Of a stretch of 32,000 nucleotides of DNA, positions 26,812 to 32,000 are shown piece after piece. This DNA comes from Candidatus Paracaedimonas acanthamoebae. Its GTDB lineage: Bacteria > Pseudomonadota > Alphaproteobacteria > Caedimonadales > Caedimonadaceae. The stretch is from positions 660,001 through 692,000 of the forward strand of contig CP008936.1 of NCBI GenBank assembly GCA_000743035.1. Direction: 5' to 3'. The notes beneath the pieces were generated by a model, which saw only the letters and a program-made list of their open reading frames with translations, was not told the origin of the DNA and ran no database searches. The position numbers were made by a program, and so were the translations under genes. How positions within the stretch are numbered: the first letter of the stretch is position 1; every line of letters begins with the position of its first letter.

Positions 26812-26931
26812 ATGCTTTATTTTATTCTTAACTGAGGGTTTATTAATTAAGCTAAGTTTTCTCTAATGCACTTTTAAACTATAAAGGAGGTAAAGAAAAC
26901 ATTTTTAAAAATGAGTTTAGGAATTTCCTTT

Positions 26932-27462
26932 CTACTTAATGTTAGATAATGCATGAGATTGAGCCCAACTATTTTTTAATTCTTCGTATTCTTGAGTAGT
27001 CGGAGGTGTGATCCCTATTACAATTCCACCTTCTTTAATACCTTGTTCATACTTATTTGCATCTTCATTAGATATTCCTGTGCCGATTAATGCTCCTACT
27101 AAACTGCCTGTAGCTGCTCCTGCGCCTATGCCAGCAAATATTGCTGCAAGCGAACCAACGATTGTAATGCCTAAACCAGGAACCGCTGTAGCGCCTATTG
27201 TAATGAGAGCTGCTGCGATAACGCCTACGGCTCCACCAATAGCACCACCAGCACTGATCTGTTGAAAAGATTTAGCAACCACTTTATTTTCAATATTATG
27301 GTTCTTCGTGAAATGAGTCTCATGGGTATTATTAGACATGATAAGAGTGATATCCTCTTGTTTGTAACCCTTATTCAATAACTCATTATAAGCACTTTCT
27401 GCCTCATAAGGATTTTTAAATAACGCTAGTAAAAACTTAGTTTCATTTGGGGTTGAAAGCAT
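26932..27462 (-). CDS. YflT/general-stress-like protein with a glycine-zipper membrane segment
   Basis: The N-terminal domain FKNPYEAESAYNELLNKGYKQEDITLI is YflT-like. The central Gly/Ala-rich zipper reads GGAIGGAVGVIAAALITIGATAVPGLGITIVGSLAAIFAGIGAGAATGSLVGALIGTG. The C-terminus contains YEQGIKEGGIVIGI. Confidence 0.5.
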   Translation of the reverse strand: MLSTPNETKFLLALFKNPYEAESAYNELLNKGYKQEDITLIMSNNTHETHFTKNHNIENKVVAKSFQQISAGGAIGGAVGVIAAALITIGATAVPGLGITIVGSLAAIFAGIGAGAATGSLVGALIGTGISNEDANKYEQGIKEGGIVIGITPPTTQEYEELKNSWAQSHALSNIK

Positions 27463-28003
27463 ATCTTGCCTACTTTTTTAAATTAAAAATTTAATTACCT
27501 AAAAATTATATTCAACTATGCGTCTCTTCTGAGAAAGTAGAGGAAGAAAAATAATTTAAACTAGAAAATTTTAAGAAGGGGAATCCCATGATTAACTGGA
27601 AGTTTTCCTTATGGGACATTATACATAATTACTACCAACTGATCTTAATTAAAACTTAGATAAAACTTTAACGAATCTAATTGATCCAAAGTTACCCTCT
27701 CAGGAATAGATAGTTCTTTAAGTTGTGTTGCCAATTCTAAAGCATGATTAAATTTAGATCTCTTTGGATCATTTATATTACTAGGATACTTTTAGTTTAA
27801 GAGATCAAGTTGTGTAAGATTCTTTAAGGCAAAAGTAAGAGGAGGCAGTCCTCTGCCAGAATGATGCATATTAAATCTAAATATTTTAACCTCTATAATG
27901 AAAGTAATTTCGATCATCCTTCCTTAATTGTTAAAGCTGAAACCAACTATATTTTAAAGAAAATGCTTATATTTTAGATAATTAATAATGAAAAGAATTA
28001 TAA

Positions 28004-28078
<75 letters not shown>

Positions 28079-28098
28079 CTCACCAAAAGGAATATAGG

Positions 28099-28128
28099 TA
28101 TATAGCATTAGGCTTGGTATTGAATCAA
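28099..28128 (-). promoter_or_regulatory. possible sigma70-type promoter for tRNA-Val
   Basis: On the minus strand the sequence reads TTGATT-N18-TATATA, ending about 20 nt before the mature tRNA 5' end. Confidence 0.25.
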
Positions 28129-28284
28129 GTGTTGAATGCTAAGTACGAATTCTTTTCTTGAAGTCCTGGTAGGTTTTCTTTGAATGAGAGAGAAAAGATT
28201 GTGAAATGAGCTGCTAGAAGATGGAGATGTTGTCCTGATTTTTGGGAGAAAAGCAGCCACTATCTTTGTCCTGTGGGCTAACAC

Positions 28285-28872
28285 TTATTGTGAAGAGGTA
28301 GAAAAATTTACGCGATGCTCATTAGATATATGTCTTAAACCAAACCGACAGTAATCATAGCCTGTCATTAAGGTTAAAACGGCAGAAACCCATAATCCAA
28401 ATATTCCTAGAGCATGGAGATATAAGAAATTTGTGATGGGGGTAGCTGCGATAAGAATTGTGAGAGAGGTCATTTGAAGGGCTGTTTTCCACTTCGCCAA
28501 TGGAGTCACGGGCATGGACATCTTTGTCTCAGCTAAGAATTCTCTAAGGCCAGAGACAAGAAGCTCGCGACATAAAATAATAATGGCTGGAATAAGTGAA
28601 ATTCCCTTAATGCGGTCAAATCCAACTAAGAGCAATAGGGTTGAAGCGATTAATAATTTATCGGCCATAGGATCTAAAAATTGACCTAATTGCGTTGTTT
28701 GTCTTAACGTACGTGCATAGTAGCCATCTAAGTAATCTGTAATGCAGGCAATCACAAAAAAGAAGCTTGCAATCCAATAGCCTAGATCTGAGTTTAAATA
28801 AAATAATGCAGCGACGACAGGAATAAGAGCAATACGAAAGAGCGTTAAATAATTTGGTAAACCTGCTAACAC
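28285..28872 (-). CDS. pgsA: CDP-diacylglycerol--glycerol-3-phosphate 3-phosphatidyltransferase
   Basis: CDP-alcohol phosphatidyltransferase motif DYLDGYYARTLRQTTQLGQFLDPMADKLL. The GTG start is preceded by the RBS AAGGAG. Confidence 0.9.
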   Translation of the reverse strand: MLAGLPNYLTLFRIALIPVVAALFYLNSDLGYWIASFFFVIACITDYLDGYYARTLRQTTQLGQFLDPMADKLLIASTLLLLVGFDRIKGISLIPAIIILCRELLVSGLREFLAETKMSMPVTPLAKWKTALQMTSLTILIAATPITNFLYLHALGIFGLWVSAVLTLMTGYDYCRFGLRHISNEHRVNFSTSSQ

Positions 28873-28922
28873 TTACTTATTTCTCCTTCTTTAAACTTAT
28901 GCTTTGAATTCATTTACATTCT

Positions 28923-30785
28923 TTAATGAAAATAATCATATATTTTTTGAGCTAAACTTGCACTAATTCCTTTTACAGATTGCAAATCCTCAATACCAGC
29001 ACGAGCAACCTCACGCGTTGAACCAAAATGACGCAGTAAAGACTTTTTGCGATGTGCCCCAATCCCAACAATATCATCAAGCATAGAACGTTCAATCATT
29101 TTCGCTCTTTTTTGTCGATGAAATGTAATTGCAAAACGATGGGCTTCATCGCGCAATTGTTGGAGATAGAAAAGGATGGTTTTATATTTCTCCAGTGAGA
29201 AGGGAGCACGACCAGGTTGATAAAAAGTCTCTTTTCCAGCATTTCTTTCTGACCCTTTTGCAATGGCTACCACAGGGATGGAAAGCCCAATATCTTCAAG
29301 TGTTTCATAAACAGCATTAAGGTGACCTATTCCTCCATCAATCAGAAGAAGGTGTGGAAATGGATTGCGAGATTGCTCTTGAGATAAAGAACCTGAAAAA
29401 CGTCTTTGAATGACTTCTCTCATCATACCGTAATCATCTCCGGGATTAGGGGCGCCTTTCTCGTCTAGTTTGATTGTAAATTTGCGATAGCTTGCTTTAT
29501 CAAAACCTTGAGGGCCTGCAACGATCATCGCTCCAATTGCATTGGTTCCCTGGATATGGCTATTATCATAGACTTCAATGCGTTGAGGCATCTCCGTAAG
29601 CCCAAAAACGTCAGCTACTTCGTTTAATATTTTCAACTGTGATCGATTTGTTGAAAGATAACGTGCGAGCGCTTCTTCAGCATTTTCAATGGCTTGCCTC
29701 AAAATTCTTACGCATTGTCCCCGTTTTGGGATACTAATATTTACTTTTCGTTGTGCTGTTATTGAGAGAGCTTCTTCAACGAGGGACTGTTCATTTAAAG
29801 GATGGCTTAAAAGAATTTCTTGAGGAGGAAGTGTGTCTTGATAAAAAAGTGTTAAAAAGCTGGTCAATATCTCCTCAACCGATAAATCTTTTATGTGTTC
29901 AGGAAAAAAACTATGACTGCCAAAATTACTGCCATGCCGAAAAAAGAAAATTTGAATACAGGTTGTTTCGCCATGAGAAGCAATCGCAATAACGTCTGTA
30001 TCTTCTTTCAACGCCGTATTAATATTTTGTTGGGCTTGAATCTGGGTCAGGGCGCGAATTTGATCTCGGTAGAGAGCGGCTTTTTCATAATCTTGGTGTT
30101 CACTGGCTTCATGCATACGTTGACTTAGGTTTTGTTGAAGTTCGTGCGATTTTCCTTCAAGAAATGCCTTGGTTTGATTAACATATTCTTTATAGTCAGG
30201 GGCATTAATGTAGCGGGTACATGGAGCAGTACATCTCTTAATATGGTATTGTAAGCACGGCCTTTTTCGGCTTGCAAAAAAACTATCACTACATGAACGC
30301 AGCTTAAAAATTCGATACATTGTGGTGAGTGTTTGATTTACAGCATAAGTAGAGGCAAAGGGGCCATAATAAATACCGGAAAGTGTTTTAGCACCTCGAT
30401 GTTTTGTGAGGCGAGGCCATGCATGATCTGTCAATAAGATATATGAAAAAAACTTATTATCCTTCAATAGAATATTATAGCGAGGTTTAAGGCGCTTAAT
30501 CAAATTGGCTTCAAGAAGTAGAGCCTCAACTTCTGTGTGTGTTGTAATAAATTCCATTGTGTGGGTTTCAGCCACCATACGTTGTAAACGATTGGGAAGG
30601 CGGTATGCTTGTATATAGCTAAGGACTCTTTTCTTTAAGTTTTTGGCTTTCCCAACATATAAAACTTCTTCTTGTTGATTAATCATGCGGTAAACACCGG
30701 GAGAAGACGTTAATGTCCTGGCATGCGTTGCAATGGTAGAAATACCTTGCTCTAAAGAAGTATGAAAAGCAGGAGAATGTGTCAT
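28923..30785 (-). CDS. uvrC: excinuclease ABC subunit C
   Basis: GIY-YIG N-terminus (GVYRMINQQEEVLYVGKAKNLKKRVLSY), a UVR domain (QDYEKAALYRDQIRAL), the UvrC endonuclease domain and a C-terminal HhH region. Confidence 0.95.
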   Translation of the reverse strand: MTHSPAFHTSLEQGISTIATHARTLTSSPGVYRMINQQEEVLYVGKAKNLKKRVLSYIQAYRLPNRLQRMVAETHTMEFITTHTEVEALLLEANLIKRLKPRYNILLKDNKFFSYILLTDHAWPRLTKHRGAKTLSGIYYGPFASTYAVNQTLTTMYRIFKLRSCSDSFFASRKRPCLQYHIKRCTAPCTRYINAPDYKEYVNQTKAFLEGKSHELQQNLSQRMHEASEHQDYEKAALYRDQIRALTQIQAQQNINTALKEDTDVIAIASHGETTCIQIFFFRHGSNFGSHSFFPEHIKDLSVEEILTSFLTLFYQDTLPPQEILLSHPLNEQSLVEEALSITAQRKVNISIPKRGQCVRILRQAIENAEEALARYLSTNRSQLKILNEVADVFGLTEMPQRIEVYDNSHIQGTNAIGAMIVAGPQGFDKASYRKFTIKLDEKGAPNPGDDYGMMREVIQRRFSGSLSQEQSRNPFPHLLLIDGGIGHLNAVYETLEDIGLSIPVVAIAKGSERNAGKETFYQPGRAPFSLEKYKTILFYLQQLRDEAHRFAITFHRQKRAKMIERSMLDDIVGIGAHRKKSLLRHFGSTREVARAGIEDLQSVKGISASLAQKIYDYFH

Positions 30786-31025
30786 AGGACCATTGTGTAA
30801 TAGATCACCCTAATGTCAATCAAAAGATTGACCTCTCAACGCCCAAATAATATTTGGTTAATATAAAAGTTACAAAAATGAACCTTAAAGTCATCCCATA
30901 CCAAGCAATATTTTCATCCCCAAAAATTGTGAATAAGTCTGTGGATAAAGCGTAGTATAAAGGCAAAATTCCTTGAAAGGACTTCAGCTAGCATTAAGTT
31001 GCTTAAATTTTATGCAAATCAAAAA

Positions 31026-31040
31026 AAGGTTGGAAACCTT
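31026..31040 (-). terminator. weak rho-independent terminator candidate downstream of the M23 peptidase gene
   Basis: The minus strand reads AAGGTT-TCC-AACCTT followed by TTTTTGATTT. The stem is only 6 bp and lies about 190 nt past the stop codon. Confidence 0.3.
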
Positions 31041-31231
31041 AAGTTTCTTTTTAAATCAAGTAAATTTTTTTCTTATGATAAAAAAAATGTGTTGACACAT
31101 AAAAGTATACAACAAGGCTTGTGCATAAGTTTTAATATTCTTTAGTATTCAAAGAAAAGTTGAAGAAGACTCTTGTAATTCTAGGATTAATAAATCTTAA
31201 CCTTTTTTCACTAATAACTTTTTTATAAGAG

Positions 31232-32000
31232 TTACGAGTTGGGTGCCGTAATAGGGGAGGTTCTTTGTCCAGGCGCTTTATTCTCCAGTGTTGATCGCTT
31301 CTCATAAAGAGTTTTATATTGTTGATCAATTTCCTCTTTATGCATCATAAAGTTTTTCAGTTCTTGTCCTATCAATTTGCCGGTAGGTAACATTTTGATG
31401 CTTGAGGGATTAATCTGAACATTATGACGTAAGAGCTCATAATGGAGGTGAGGACCAGTTGTACGCCCGGTTGCTCCAACGTACCCAATAATTTGCGCTT
31501 GCTTAACGCGTTTTCCAGGACTAATTCCTTTCGCAAATCGGCTTAAGTGCGCATAAGCAGTTGAAAATTCGCTATTATGCCGGATACGAATGTAATTTCC
31601 ATAGCTTGCCCATGGGCCAGCTTTTTCGATAACACCATCACCTGAAGCCATAATAGGCGTACCAGCAGGAGCGGCAAAATCCACACCTTTATGTTGTTTT
31701 GTGTATCCTAAAACAGGATGTCTCCGGTTTCCATATCCTGAGGAAATACGTGCACCATCAATAGGTGTTCGTAATAACCCTTTTCTCACGCTTTCACCTT
31801 TCTCATTAAAATATGCATAATCTCCACTTTCGGTTTTAAAACGATAAATAGAAATTTTTTTACCTTGTAAAGTTAGTGTTGCATAAAGAAGATCTCCTGC
31901 TTCCTCTCGGTGCGTATTGGGGTCAGAATAAAGATCAAATACTAATGCATACTCGTCGTTAGCATGGAAGCTTCTTTGAAAATCAATATCATAACTAAAT
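31232..32000 (-). CDS. M23-family metallopeptidase (5' end outside the window)
   Basis: HxxxD and HxH motifs (HKGVDFAAPAGTPI, GPHLHYEL). The frame stays open upstream of the GTG listed in the ORF track, all the way to the window edge (...YAYFNEKGESVRKGLLRTP). Confidence 0.85.
   Translation of the reverse strand, partial: FSYDIDFQRSFHANDEYALVFDLYSDPNTHREEAGDLLYATLTLQGKKISIYRFKTESGDYAYFNEKGESVRKGLLRTPIDGARISSGYGNRRHPVLGYTKQHKGVDFAAPAGTPIMASGDGVIEKAGPWASYGNYIRIRHNSEFSTAYAHLSRFAKGISPGKRVKQAQIIGYVGATGRTTGPHLHYELLRHNVQINPSSIKMLPTGKLIGQELKNFMMHKEEIDQQYKTLYEKRSTLENKAPGQRTSPITAPNS

Noticed and set aside
30786-31231. The spacer with DnaA boxes as oriC.
   Set aside because: There are only two boxes, no AT-rich unwinding repeats were recognised, and the neighbouring genes (uvrC, M23 peptidase) are not typical origin markers. 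It is reported only as a low-interest observation.

Overview
AT-rich chromosome segment with alphaproteobacterial gene content. The lineage is probably host-associated or intracellular and undergoing gene decay; that is inference from gene content and the number of broken genes. Layout: (i) 1-645, 3' part of an MFS efflux gene carrying an in-frame TGA. (ii) 0.8-12.6 kb, a complete Tad/Cpa (type IVc) pilus assembly locus: two TadE-like pseudopilins, TadG-vWA, a divergent TadD-like TPR lipoprotein, and cpaA-B-C-D-E-F-tadB-tadC. No Flp pilin gene is visible. (iii) 12.6-20.4 kb, housekeeping genes on the + strand: DUF721/DciA-like, uvrD, prmA, a TPP riboswitch followed by an MHS-type MFS transporter, and a PBP5-type carboxypeptidase with a SPOR domain. 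These are interspersed with a badly decayed P-loop kinase gene and a frameshifted fosA-like gene. (iv) 20.4-28.0 kb, an accessory and decaying region abutting the 3' end of tRNA-Val(GAC). (v) 28-32 kb, minus-strand housekeeping genes (pgsA, uvrC, M23 peptidase). The most unusual part is a 3.5 kb unit (21280-24756) bounded by IS982-type inverted repeats and 9-bp direct repeats. Besides a nonsense-mutated IS982 transposase it contains a compact stand-alone reverse transcriptase that shows no group II intron, retron or DGR hallmarks, is frameshifted by 1 nt and is flanked by C-rich direct repeats. It also contains a convergent lipoprotein-like gene with an F-box-like motif and a G10 tract. The rest of the accessory region holds DUF4385, a KGG/YciG-like remnant, an orphan PAS histidine kinase, a YflT-like glycine-zipper stress protein and possible LRR remnants. 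No CRISPR array or rRNA gene was seen.
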